NCBI GenBank assembly: GCA_965247095.1
Contig: OZ251997.1
Coordinates: 2,592,001 to 2,656,000, forward strand
Direction: 5' to 3'
Origin: Candidatus Multivorans sp.
GTDB lineage: Bacteria > Acidobacteriota > Thermoanaerobaculia > Multivoradales > Multivoraceae
Length of the DNA stretch: 64,000 nucleotides
Shown piece by piece: positions 1 to 8,720 of the stretch. The translations under genes and the position numbers were made by a program. Under the pieces are notes generated by a model that made no database searches, had not been told where the DNA came from, and worked only from the letters and a program-made list of their open reading frames with translations. How positions within the stretch are numbered: position 1 is the first letter of the stretch; every line of letters begins with the position of its first letter.

Positions 1-139
1 CGCGGCCGCGGCCGTTTGTTTGGTCCGGGTGAGGCTCCGTAGGGCATTGACTGAAACTAACAGGGTCTGAGCCGGAGTTTCTTCCAATCAGGTGCACCGC
101 GCCACGCGGGCGCCTCGCCCACAGGGCTACACTCGACGC

Positions 140-1243
140 ATGATCCTTACCGAAGAGAAAGTGTCCCGGGCGACCTTCGAGGCTGGCACAGGCTGGCATC
201 TTACTGCCGAGGGCGCCTGCAAGGGGCCGGTCTGCGCGCCACTCGCCGACGGTGCAATGGCGTCACGGAACCAGGTCGACGGAGTTGCTGTTGCCGAGGC
301 CATCGGTCTCCCGGTCGTTCACGACGAGGAGCACGGCCTATGGGCCGTGGGGCCCGAGTCGATCGGCTCGCGCGCGTTGGTCTCGGCCGAAGATGCCGAC
401 TTCGAGCTGCCCGATCTGGACGGGAAGCCCTTTCGACTCTCGAACCTGCGCGGGCGGAAAGTCCTCGTCTACGCCTGGGCGCCCTACTGAGGGTGCTCAG
501 CCGACCTGCCCGGGTGGCAGGCGCTGCGCGACGAGCTTCATCCGCAAGGGTTCGAACTGGTCACGGTCGGTCTCGACACGTTGGGGGCCGAAGGCTGCCG
601 CGGGTTCATCGAGGCCGCCGAGCCGAAGCATCCCTCGCTTGTCGATCATCACCACCTGCTGGCCCGGTTCTTCGGCGTGATCAACATCCCCAGCTCGGTG
701 TGGATCGACGAATCGGGCACCATCGTCAGGCCCGCTGAAGCCGCGCCCGCGCCGCCCCGCGACAAGATGCCCAGCTTCGGCTCGCCTTCCCGGATACCCG
801 GCCGGTTCGGACAGATGTTGGCCGAGGCGATGAAGATCCCCCATGACACCGAGGCCTACCACGAGGCGCTGCGTGACTGGGTCGACAAGGGTGCCGCGAG
901 TCGATTCGCGCTCTCCCCGGAAGAAGTGGTTGAACGATCACGACCTCGCAGCGCCGAGGTTGCGCTTGGACACGCGCACTTCGAGCTCGCCTCGTACCTG
1001 GAGAGGGAGAGTCACCACGAAGCGGCGGTCCGCCACTTCCGCGAGGCGCACCGCCTGGTCCCCGACAATTGGGCCTTCCGCCGCCAGGCCTGGTCGCTCG
1101 AAGGCGGTCATGAAGGCCGATTCGCGCGCTTCTGGCAGGGCCCGAGCGAAGCAGACCCCGAGGCCTGGCCCTACGAAGGGGATTGGCTCAGCGATATCCG
1201 CTCGTCGGGTCCCGAGAACTACGTCGACCCCTTCAAGCCCTGA
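140..1243 (+). CDS. Probable selenoprotein: AhpC/TSA (thioredoxin-fold) redoxin with C-terminal TPR-like region; UGA at 488-490 read as Sec
   Basis: ORFs 92..490 and 581..1243 are in the same frame. Reading through TGA gives ...DFELPDLDGKPFRLSNLRGRKVLVYAWAPY-U-GCSADLPGWQALRDEL..., a continuous AhpC/TSA active-site region. A hairpin lies just downstream of the UGA. Confidence 0.8.
505..521 (+). promoter_or_regulatory. Putative bacterial SECIS hairpin
   Basis: CCTGCC-cgggt-GGCAGG stem-loop with a G-containing apical loop about 20 nt after the in-frame UGA, the usual bSECIS geometry. Confidence 0.6.
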
Positions 1244-1284
1244 CGCCGCCAAACACGTCGCGGACGGGGCTACGATCCGCCACC

Positions 1285-2865
1285 GTGATCCTCGTCCACA
1301 CCGACTCCGAGTTCGCAGGCGCCGTGGAACGCCGGCGCCGTCAGTGGCGCGAACTGAACGGAACGGCCCGCCTCTGGTCCCGGGACGGCTCGCTCTGGAC
1401 CGGTTCCGGCGAGGAGGAGTGGCTTGGCTGGCTCGACCTCGAGCGGCTGAGCCGGACCGCGCTGCTGACGGCTGACGGCGACCGCGTCGAAGCGGCGACA
1501 GCGGCCCTGGCCGATCAACTCGCCGGCCCTCCGTTCCAACGCTGCCTCCTGCTCGGCATGGGCGGCTCGGCGCTCGGCGCCGATCTCCTGTGGGGGGCGT
1601 TGCCGCGGCACGCCTGTGCTCCGTTCATCGTCCTCGACACGACGGACCCGCGCGAGATCGCCGCGGCGCTCGATGGAGTCGAACCCGCGGCGCTGCGGGT
1701 CATCGCCGCCTCCAAGTCGGGCGGCACGATCGAGACCCGGCTGGCGTTCGAGCTCCTGCTCGACCGGTTGGGCTCAGGCGCACCGTCGGCTGCGCTGGCG
1801 ATCACGGATCCGGGCTCGGCGCTGGAGGCACGAGCCCGGGCCGCGGGCGTCAAGGTCGTCTTCGGCCACCCGGACATTGGCGGTCGCTTTTCCGTGCTTT
1901 CCGCGTTCGGGATGGCTCCGGCGGCAGTCGCTGGGATCGATCTCGAGCCGCTGCTCGCGAGCGCACGGGCGATGGCTGCGGCGTGCCGGCGCGGCGGAAC
2001 GGAATCGGGGACGAACCCCGGTGTCGAGTTGGGTTTGCTGCTCGCCGCGGCGCACGACTGCGGCCGCGACAAGCTCTACCTCCATGCGCCTGGGACGGCA
2101 GTGGCGATGGCCGCCTGGGTCGAGCAACTCGTCGCGGAGTCGCTCGGCAAGGGTGAGGTGCTGCTGCTGCCGGTGGATGCGGCCGGCCTGCCGCCGGAAC
2201 CGCATCCCGACCGGCTCGACATCGTGCTCGGAAGCGAGGCCGAACTTCCGGCCGACCTCGGCGGCGAGTTCTTCCGCTGGCAGTTCGGCGTCGCAGTCGC
2301 CGGCGCACTGCTCGGTGTCAACCCCTTCGACCAGCCGGACGTGGAGTCGTCGAAGGTCGTCACGCGGCGTTACGTCGAACGGATGAAGGCCGGCGATGCG
2401 CCGGCGCCCGGCGGCCTCGTCCGCCTGAGCGAGGTCAGCACACTCGGTCTGGCCCAACTCCTGGGCACTCACGTCGCGACGTTCCCGGAGGGCGGCTACG
2501 CCGTCGTCTCGGCTTACCTCGACCGCAACAACCGGAACCGGGAGCTGCTCCAGACCCTGCGCCGGCGCGTCGCCGACGTCACGGGCGGCGCCTCGGTGCT
2601 GGGATTCGGGCCGAGCTTCCTGCACTCGACCGGACAGGCCCACAAGGGCGGTCCGAACCGGGGCCTGTTCCTGCAGATCACCGCCGATCCGCCGGCCGCC
2701 GATATCCCGGTTCCCGGCGAAGGCCTGACCTTCGGCCAGGTCCAGCTCGCCCAGGCCTGGGGCGACTACGAAGTGCTCGTCGAGCGCGATCGTCGCGTGC
2801 TTGCCCTCCACCTCGACGGCGGGGTGGAGGACGGGCTGCAGCGGTTGATCGAAGCGCTCGGCTAA
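1285..2865 (+). CDS. Glucose-6-phosphate isomerase-like SIS protein (PGI half of the Tal-Pgi type)
   Basis: WLGWL, LLGMGGSALG, ASKSGGTIET, ITDPGS, IGGRFSVLS, EQLVAESLGK, NPFDQPDVE, HSTGQAHKGG motifs. GTG start at 1285 is inferred. Confidence 0.85.
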   Translation: MILVHTDSEFAGAVERRRRQWRELNGTARLWSRDGSLWTGSGEEEWLGWLDLERLSRTALLTADGDRVEAATAALADQLAGPPFQRCLLLGMGGSALGADLLWGALPRHACAPFIVLDTTDPREIAAALDGVEPAALRVIAASKSGGTIETRLAFELLLDRLGSGAPSAALAITDPGSALEARARAAGVKVVFGHPDIGGRFSVLSAFGMAPAAVAGIDLEPLLASARAMAAACRRGGTESGTNPGVELGLLLAAAHDCGRDKLYLHAPGTAVAMAAWVEQLVAESLGKGEVLLLPVDAAGLPPEPHPDRLDIVLGSEAELPADLGGEFFRWQFGVAVAGALLGVNPFDQPDVESSKVVTRRYVERMKAGDAPAPGGLVRLSEVSTLGLAQLLGTHVATFPEGGYAVVSAYLDRNNRNRELLQTLRRRVADVTGGASVLGFGPSFLHSTGQAHKGGPNRGLFLQITADPPAADIPVPGEGLTFGQVQLAQAWGDYEVLVERDRRVLALHLDGGVEDGLQRLIEALG

Positions 2866-3117
2866 CTAACGCCGGCCGCGCCGCCCGCCCGGCGGCTTGC
2901 CCGTCAGCTCGTCGAGCCCGACGTCGAACTCGGCAACGATGCGGATCAGCACATCGAGGCTGACCCGGAGTTCGTCCCGCTCGATCCGCGCGAGGTCCGA
3001 CGGTGGAATCCCGACCCGCTCCGCCAGCGCCGGCTGCGTCAGCTTGTTCTTCCGCCGCAACCGCCGGATCCGGTGGCCCATGAGCTGGACTTGCTGGGGC
3101 GTAGCTTCCTGGTTCAT
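2866..3117 (-). CDS. XRE-family HTH transcriptional regulator
   Basis: GHRIRRLRRKNKLTQPALAERVGIPPSDLARIER, an HTH_3 pattern. Confidence 0.85.
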   Translation of the reverse strand: MNQEATPQQVQLMGHRIRRLRRKNKLTQPALAERVGIPPSDLARIERDELRVSLDVLIRIVAEFDVGLDELTGKPPGGRRGRR

Positions 3118-3164
3118 CGTCGACACCGTTTGAGAGTCCGACAATTGTAGCGGTGTAGGCGGTT

Positions 3165-3872
3165 CTAGGCCGGGATCAGAGCGGCGCCATCTGGCGGCGC
3201 CTCCCCGAGATTGGCAAGGACGGCGTCGATGCCTTCGCCTCTCAGGCCCTGCTTCATTCCCGAATACGCATTGGCGTCGAGTTCGGCCAACTGCGCGGCC
3301 CGCTCGAGGGCGACATCGCGCAGCTCGTCGGCCGCAGCGACCGCGTCCAGGAAACCGGCATCGCGCGCGCCCTCGGCGTCGTACATCCTTGCGGTCAGAG
3401 CGGCCCCGGTCAGGGCGCGTTTGGAGAGCCGCTCCTTGGCCAGCAACCAGGCGAACGGCGGCAGCGTTCTACCGATAGCGACCTCGTTCAGACCGAATCG
3501 GAACTCACCGTCCGCAGCCAGGCGGTGATCGCCGGTGAGCAGACAGAGCGCGCCGAGCGCGATGGCGTGTCCGCTGGCCGCGACGACCAGGGGCTGCGGC
3601 CATCCGTACAGGCGCATCATCAGACGCGCTCCGGCGAGTCCCATGGCGCGGGCCTGCGCCGCGTCTCCACCGCGAGCCACGTTGAGGTCGAACCCGCCCG
3701 AAAACAGGCCGGGCCGGCCGGTCAGTACGACGGCTCTGGCATCGTCTGCGGCACGGTCGAGCATGGCATTGACGGCAGCGATCATGGGCGGTCCGAAGAC
3801 GTTGGCCTTGCCGTCGTCCAGGGTGACCAGGGCCACGTCGCCAACCTGCTCGTAGGTGGTCGGTTCAATCAT
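3165..3872 (-). CDS. Crotonase/enoyl-CoA hydratase family protein
   Basis: DDGKANV, FSGGFDL, GHAIALG, GLNEVAIG motifs. Confidence 0.9.
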   Translation of the reverse strand: MIEPTTYEQVGDVALVTLDDGKANVFGPPMIAAVNAMLDRAADDARAVVLTGRPGLFSGGFDLNVARGGDAAQARAMGLAGARLMMRLYGWPQPLVVAASGHAIALGALCLLTGDHRLAADGEFRFGLNEVAIGRTLPPFAWLLAKERLSKRALTGAALTARMYDAEGARDAGFLDAVAAADELRDVALERAAQLAELDANAYSGMKQGLRGEGIDAVLANLGEAPPDGAALIPA

Positions 3873-3918
3873 GAATCAGCTCCCTTGGTGTCTGCCCCTC
3901 GGGTCAGGGGCGCTTCAT

Positions 3919-5088
3919 TCAGTTTGCCACCTTGATCTCGCGGATCTTCTTGAGCGGGACCGCGGTGATCTTCTCCGTCAGCCGGTACTCGAGGTCGCCC
4001 GGGTAGACCACCCACAGATGATCGAGACCGAGGTCCTTGCTGACCGTGTGCATCGACTTGGTCGTCCGGGGGGCATCCGCGCACTTGAACTCGAATCCCC
4101 AGCGCCTGCCGCCGCGGAGCAGCATGAGGTCCAGTTCCGCGCCCCGTTGGGTGCCCCAGAAGCATGCCTGGCGCGCACCGAACGCGATCAGGGTCTGTTC
4201 CAGGGCGAAGCCCTCCCAGCTTGGACCGTAGACGGGGTGGCGGACGAGGTCGTCCATCGATTCCAGCCCCAGCAGGTGGTGGAGAATGCCGGAATCGCGG
4301 AGGTACACCTTGGGCGCCTTGACGACGCGTTTGCCGACGTTCTCGAACCATGGTTGGAGCACCCGGATCATGAACGTCCCGGCCAGCAGGTCGCGGTAGT
4401 GGTTCACCGCGTTGACGCTGACACCCATCGAGCGGCTGAGCGCCGACGCGTTCCAGGTCTGCGAGTGGGCGTGCGCCAGCATGGTCCAGAAGCGGCCTAG
4501 CGCCTCCGGCGACACCCTCGACCCGAGTCCCGGCACATCGCGCTCCAGGAACGTGCGCGCGAACGACTCCATCCACAACATGCAGGCGGCATCCGACTCC
4601 GCCAGGTAGGCCAGTGGGAAGCCGCCGCGCATCCAGAGCCGGTCCTGGTTCTCCGCTCCCACCTCGTCGAGTGAGAAGCCGCTCACGTCGGCGAACGAGA
4701 TGCGCCCAGCCAGGGTCTCGGAAACGCCGCGGATCAGGTCCCAGGAGGCGCTGCCCAGGAGCAGGAAGACGGCTTTCCGCGCAGGGTCGTCGCAGATCGG
4801 ACGGAGAATCTCGAACAACTCGGGTACGCGCTGAACCTCGTCGATCACGATCAGCCCCTCGCCGCTTCGAAGGAGCCGCTCCGGAGTCGCGCGGAACGCC
4901 TCGCGAACCGCAGCCACCTCCAGGTCGTAGACCGTGGAGGGTCCCGTCCACGCCGCCACGATCTGTTGGGCGAGCGTCGTCTTGCCCACCTGCCGAGCCC
5001 CCAGGAGAGCGGTGACCGGTGACTGGGAGAGTCTCCAGAGTGTGGCGTCGAGCAGGCGCTGTCGGGCGGTAGATTGTCGCATATTCAC
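3919..5088 (-). CDS. AAA+ ATPase with DUF4143 (AAA_14 plus C-terminal PD-(D/E)xK-like region)
   Basis: GARQVGKTT Walker A, IDEVQ Walker B, LLGSAS, SETLAGR, GGFP, KAPKVYLRDSG, ELDL...GFEFK. Confidence 0.9.
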   Translation of the reverse strand: MNMRQSTARQRLLDATLWRLSQSPVTALLGARQVGKTTLAQQIVAAWTGPSTVYDLEVAAVREAFRATPERLLRSGEGLIVIDEVQRVPELFEILRPICDDPARKAVFLLLGSASWDLIRGVSETLAGRISFADVSGFSLDEVGAENQDRLWMRGGFPLAYLAESDAACMLWMESFARTFLERDVPGLGSRVSPEALGRFWTMLAHAHSQTWNASALSRSMGVSVNAVNHYRDLLAGTFMIRVLQPWFENVGKRVVKAPKVYLRDSGILHHLLGLESMDDLVRHPVYGPSWEGFALEQTLIAFGARQACFWGTQRGAELDLMLLRGGRRWGFEFKCADAPRTTKSMHTVSKDLGLDHLWVVYPGDLEYRLTEKITAVPLKKIREIKVAN

Positions 5089-5188
5089 CCTCAGAGGTGA
5101 GGTTTACGACAATAAACCGAGTTGGCGGGCTTGTCCAGCGGTGCTCAGGCGGGTGCTTCGGCCTCGTGGAACTCCTTCGCCTTGGGAC

Positions 5189-6640
5189 CTATGTGCGCTT
5201 GAGGACCTTCTCGATGATCTCTCTAGCGGCCCGGCGTGACTCGGCAGACTCCGCGATGGCTTGGAACACCTTCCGATACGTGGCAACGTCCTCGGTTCTG
5301 ACGTTCGTCAGCCGCGGGCGGCCACGCTGTGCCCGGAAGTGGGTGAGCCTGCGCTCGATGCTCTCTGCTCGGTCGAGCAAGCCCGCATCCCACCCGTCTG
5401 TTGTGCGAAGTACGTCTCGAATCCGACCTAGCCGAGTAAGGTCGTGTTCAATCAACCGGCGAGCTACTTCGGCAGTCAGGTACCCAGATCGCGCAAGCTC
5501 GTACGTCTCCTCCGAGTCCGCAATTGCCGCTGCGAACCTGCGCTCGCGCGTTCTCGTTGCTGAGGTGTTTCTGCAGCGCTCCGCCAGTCGGCGGAAGATC
5601 GCTCCCAGGTGGTTCTCCAGATTTCTCGTGTGGGGTCCGGGCTCGAAGTAGTCTCGCCGGCCGTTCGGGACGATCCTGGGGTCCAGAATGTGTATCTCCC
5701 CTACGGCCCACCTATTGAGGCGGTCCTCCTTGAACATATGGTCGAAGACGCCTTCGCCGCCGACTTGGATGTTCCCGCATCGCGCTCTGAGTCCTCTGAT
5801 ACCCGCGCTCTTGGGGATTGCTCCGAGGTAAGACGTGTGGGCAAGCCACCCCGCTGCCGCTCGCTCGCGGCTGTCGATCTTGGGCACGTCGAACACTTCG
5901 AGGGCGCTGAAGGCGTCGCTTCGGCCGGCAGAGAACTCAATGCCCTCGGCATGGGGCCTGGTAACGGCATCGTCGCCGTCGATGGAGACGTTCATCGCGT
6001 ACAGCGCATCTCCAACATACTCTTCGACCATCTCGCGGAAGGGAAAGGCGGTTGAGAGAGGCACTGGACAGACCTCCGCGACGTAGCTGTGAACCCTCTG
6101 CCGGTTCAGGACAGAGCCAGCCGCGTAGCGGGCGACGCCACGGACCTCTACTTCGAAGTACTGGTCGGGCTCTTCGTCGGCATCCAGTTGTTCCACAGTG
6201 ACGAAGTCACCTATTCGCTGTTCCGTGTCGGCTAGGTCGTGGTTCCTCAGACGGAGGGCGTCCCAAGTGACGCGGACAGGAGGCTGGTCCGCGCTGGCCC
6301 TGGTGGTGAAAGCGACTGCCTCTGCGAAAGCCAGACCAGCCAGGCGACCGATTCCGCGAAATCCCCTATTGCTGGCGGCGCGCTTGGTGCTTTGGCCGAC
6401 CGGAATCAACGAGTCGACGGCTTCCTGGAACGTCAGGCCGGGGCCGTAGTCCCGGATGCGGATCTGGGCCTGCCGAGGGTCGAGGTGAATCTCGACTCGG
6501 CCGGATCCTGGACTTCCTGTAGTCGCGTCCGCTGCGTTCTGGAGATACTCGCGGTAGAGCGTCAGCGGATCGTCGTACATCCCCGACGTGACCAGCCGAA
6601 GAAGGCTGTGGCCGAGCGCTGGTTCGTTGGAGCTGCTCAT
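5189..6640 (-). CDS. GHKL (HSP90/MORC-like) ATPase
   Basis: Bergerat-fold motifs REYLQNAADA, IRDYGPG, RGFRGIGRLAG, followed by an S5-like region (GEIHI..RIVPNGRRDYF) and a helical tail. Confidence 0.85.
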   Translation of the reverse strand: MSSSNEPALGHSLLRLVTSGMYDDPLTLYREYLQNAADATTGSPGSGRVEIHLDPRQAQIRIRDYGPGLTFQEAVDSLIPVGQSTKRAASNRGFRGIGRLAGLAFAEAVAFTTRASADQPPVRVTWDALRLRNHDLADTEQRIGDFVTVEQLDADEEPDQYFEVEVRGVARYAAGSVLNRQRVHSYVAEVCPVPLSTAFPFREMVEEYVGDALYAMNVSIDGDDAVTRPHAEGIEFSAGRSDAFSALEVFDVPKIDSRERAAAGWLAHTSYLGAIPKSAGIRGLRARCGNIQVGGEGVFDHMFKEDRLNRWAVGEIHILDPRIVPNGRRDYFEPGPHTRNLENHLGAIFRRLAERCRNTSATRTRERRFAAAIADSEETYELARSGYLTAEVARRLIEHDLTRLGRIRDVLRTTDGWDAGLLDRAESIERRLTHFRAQRGRPRLTNVRTEDVATYRKVFQAIAESAESRRAAREIIEKVLKRT

Positions 6641-6749
6641 GCTCTCCCCACTTGGAGACGGCCGTTCAGGTGATGGCTAGGCCGCCGTTGAAGGGCTAGC
6701 CGTTGTACCACAAGCAACGGGCCAGTAGCTGGCAGAGATCGCTTGGAGG

Positions 6750-8390
6750 CTAGCTCGCAGCCAGGACCTTCGTCGCCCGTGAGCGGGTGGCGGCGAGCGC
6801 CTCCTCGTGGCTGAACAGACCGGCGTCCTCCACGAACTCCTCTTCGCTGGGCATGGCCGGATCGGGATTGAGGGACGGGAACAACGGCAGTACCCGGTCC
6901 CGGACAGTCCCGGGAGCATCCTTCGTGTTGAGCGCATGGAAGCGGAGGAGCTGTCGAGTGGTGGCGTCGCGGGCTCGGTCGTTACTGGCGCGCTGACACA
7001 GGGCCCGTAGCTCGCCGTCCCCTCTAGCCTGAGCGAGGAAGGCGATGAACTCCCTTCTCTCCGACTCGGACAGTCGGGCTCGCAGCGTGTCGTACTCGTC
7101 CCGTGCTCCGGACTGCTCGTACTGCTCTCGGTGGAAGATGAGCGCGTGGGGCAACTCCAGTAGCTGCAAGAACTCCTCCTGGTCCCTTCCATAGGCGCGC
7201 TCGAAGAAGCTCGGGTTGCCGCTGACTACGCCACGGGTGGCCTGCAGCATGATCTGGAAGGACCGCAGGTAGTAGCGGTTCCAGCGCCTTCCCACGTGTG
7301 AGCGGTCCTTCAGCGTCACCGGTTGGTAGCGCATCGGGAACGACCAGATGCGAACGCCGAGCTCTTCGTTCAGGCCGATGTTCAGGCGCATCCGCTCGTA
7401 CAGGTCCTCCGGGGAGTCCATGAAGTTGTACAGCATGTAGTTCGACAGCGACGTGATGCCGTTGTCAGCCGCCATCCTCACCGCGGTGGTGTAGATCTTT
7501 CGTAGTCCGATGTGGTCGAAGGCGATCCGGAGGGGGCTGATGCAGATAGTGGCCATCTCGCGCAGGTACATTGGGGACTTGACGAGAATCCTTGCGTCCA
7601 CACCCTGGTTGAAGTCGACGCGGCGCTTCACCGGCCGCTGATCGTTCCGCCTCAGCTTGGCTCCCTGCTCGAAACCGAGGTCGCGAATCTCGGCGATGAC
7701 CTCCTTGTACCGGGCGGACGCAGTGATGTTGTTGTCCATGAGCACGAGGTCCTTCTTGGGCCCGTGTCTCGCGTCTACCCCGTTGACGAGGGCGGCGAGG
7801 GGCGGCATTTCGCGCTGCGCACCCTCAAGTTTCGGGACGCCGCAGAAGGAGCACTTCCGTATGCAGCCCCTTGAGGCATAGCCGAAGTAGGCGTCCCGCA
7901 CCGGATAGGTGTAGTCGAGCTGCTCCAGGATGGAGTAGTCCGGCACCATCTCCTCGATTGGAGGGCCGTCAAGGTCGTCCGCACCGAACTCGAAGTCCTC
8001 CGCGCGAAGCTGAAGGGCTCTTGCCGGCGGGCCGTCCAGCAGTCCCGCGATGAAGCGGACCCCCGCCCACCGTGGCTCCTTGAGGAACTCCTCGTGCATG
8101 AGCGAGGCAGCGATTCCGCCGACGAAGACCCGTTCGGGCTGGTTACCAGCCGATTGAATGGCGAAGTCGATGGTTTCGGCGGTGCGCTTCCACTCGAAGC
8201 TGAAGAGCGTCGTGACGTAGACGCGGTCCCACGGCTCCAGGAAGAGGCCCTTTTCCGACACACCTTTCGCGAGCGTCACCGCGTCGCCACGCTGCCGGTG
8301 GTAAGCCGCGATCTTCATGAGCCCGAGAGGCGGGTACTTGTTGCGGTAGCCCGGCTCCAGGAGAAGCACGCGCTTCGTCGGCTCCGTCAT
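6750..8390 (-). CDS. Radical SAM protein with N-terminal B12-binding-like domain
   Basis: CxxxCxxC (RGCIRKCSFC), N-terminal VLLLEP..KYPPLGLMKIAAYH, VFVGGIAASL, LMDNN, VDFNQGVDAR, LRIAFD. Confidence 0.88.
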   Translation of the reverse strand: MTEPTKRVLLLEPGYRNKYPPLGLMKIAAYHRQRGDAVTLAKGVSEKGLFLEPWDRVYVTTLFSFEWKRTAETIDFAIQSAGNQPERVFVGGIAASLMHEEFLKEPRWAGVRFIAGLLDGPPARALQLRAEDFEFGADDLDGPPIEEMVPDYSILEQLDYTYPVRDAYFGYASRGCIRKCSFCGVPKLEGAQREMPPLAALVNGVDARHGPKKDLVLMDNNITASARYKEVIAEIRDLGFEQGAKLRRNDQRPVKRRVDFNQGVDARILVKSPMYLREMATICISPLRIAFDHIGLRKIYTTAVRMAADNGITSLSNYMLYNFMDSPEDLYERMRLNIGLNEELGVRIWSFPMRYQPVTLKDRSHVGRRWNRYYLRSFQIMLQATRGVVSGNPSFFERAYGRDQEEFLQLLELPHALIFHREQYEQSGARDEYDTLRARLSESERREFIAFLAQARGDGELRALCQRASNDRARDATTRQLLRFHALNTKDAPGTVRDRVLPLFPSLNPDPAMPSEEEFVEDAGLFSHEEALAATRSRATKVLAAS

Positions 8391-8587
8391 TTGGCCAGCA
8401 TCCGGGTCGCGACCTTGCGACTCTTCCCGAACTCGAAGTCCACCATCTTCCTCGTTACCGGGTCATTCTGCAGTCGTCGGACAGCGTGACCCTGCTCCTG
8501 CCACGCGAGGCTGATGCCGAAACCGCTCGAGACGCGCGTTAGCATATCAATGGTGCGCCGCTGGCCTCTCTCGCTCAAGCGCGTCAT
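8387..8587 (-). CDS. Small hypothetical protein (66 aa) translationally coupled to the radical SAM gene
   Basis: ORF MTRLSERGQRR...RMLAK whose TGA overlaps the rSAM ATG (ATGA, 8387-8390). The start choice is inferred. Confidence 0.55.
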   Translation of the reverse strand: MTRLSERGQRRTIDMLTRVSSGFGISLAWQEQGHAVRRLQNDPVTRKMVDFEFGKSRKVATRMLAK

Positions 8588-8720
8588 GGGCCGGTCTGTC
8601 TCGCTCCTCGCCGCGCCAGCGAAGACCGGGCCGCGAGGCCAACTCCAAGATGGTCGAGCTTGTGAGTATTGTCGCATCCAGCTTCGACCTCTGCCTCTCG
8701 CTTGTGGGACACCAGTCCTA

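Noticed and set aside
92-1243. Two separate genes, or a nonsense pseudogene, at 92..490 and 581..1243
   Set aside because: Same frame, the TGA is at the catalytic position and a SECIS-like hairpin follows, so Sec readthrough explains it better
5189-6640. HtpG chaperone or sensor histidine kinase
   Set aside because: Too short and lacks HtpG middle/C-terminal motifs and any HisKA box; context fits a MORC-like ATPase
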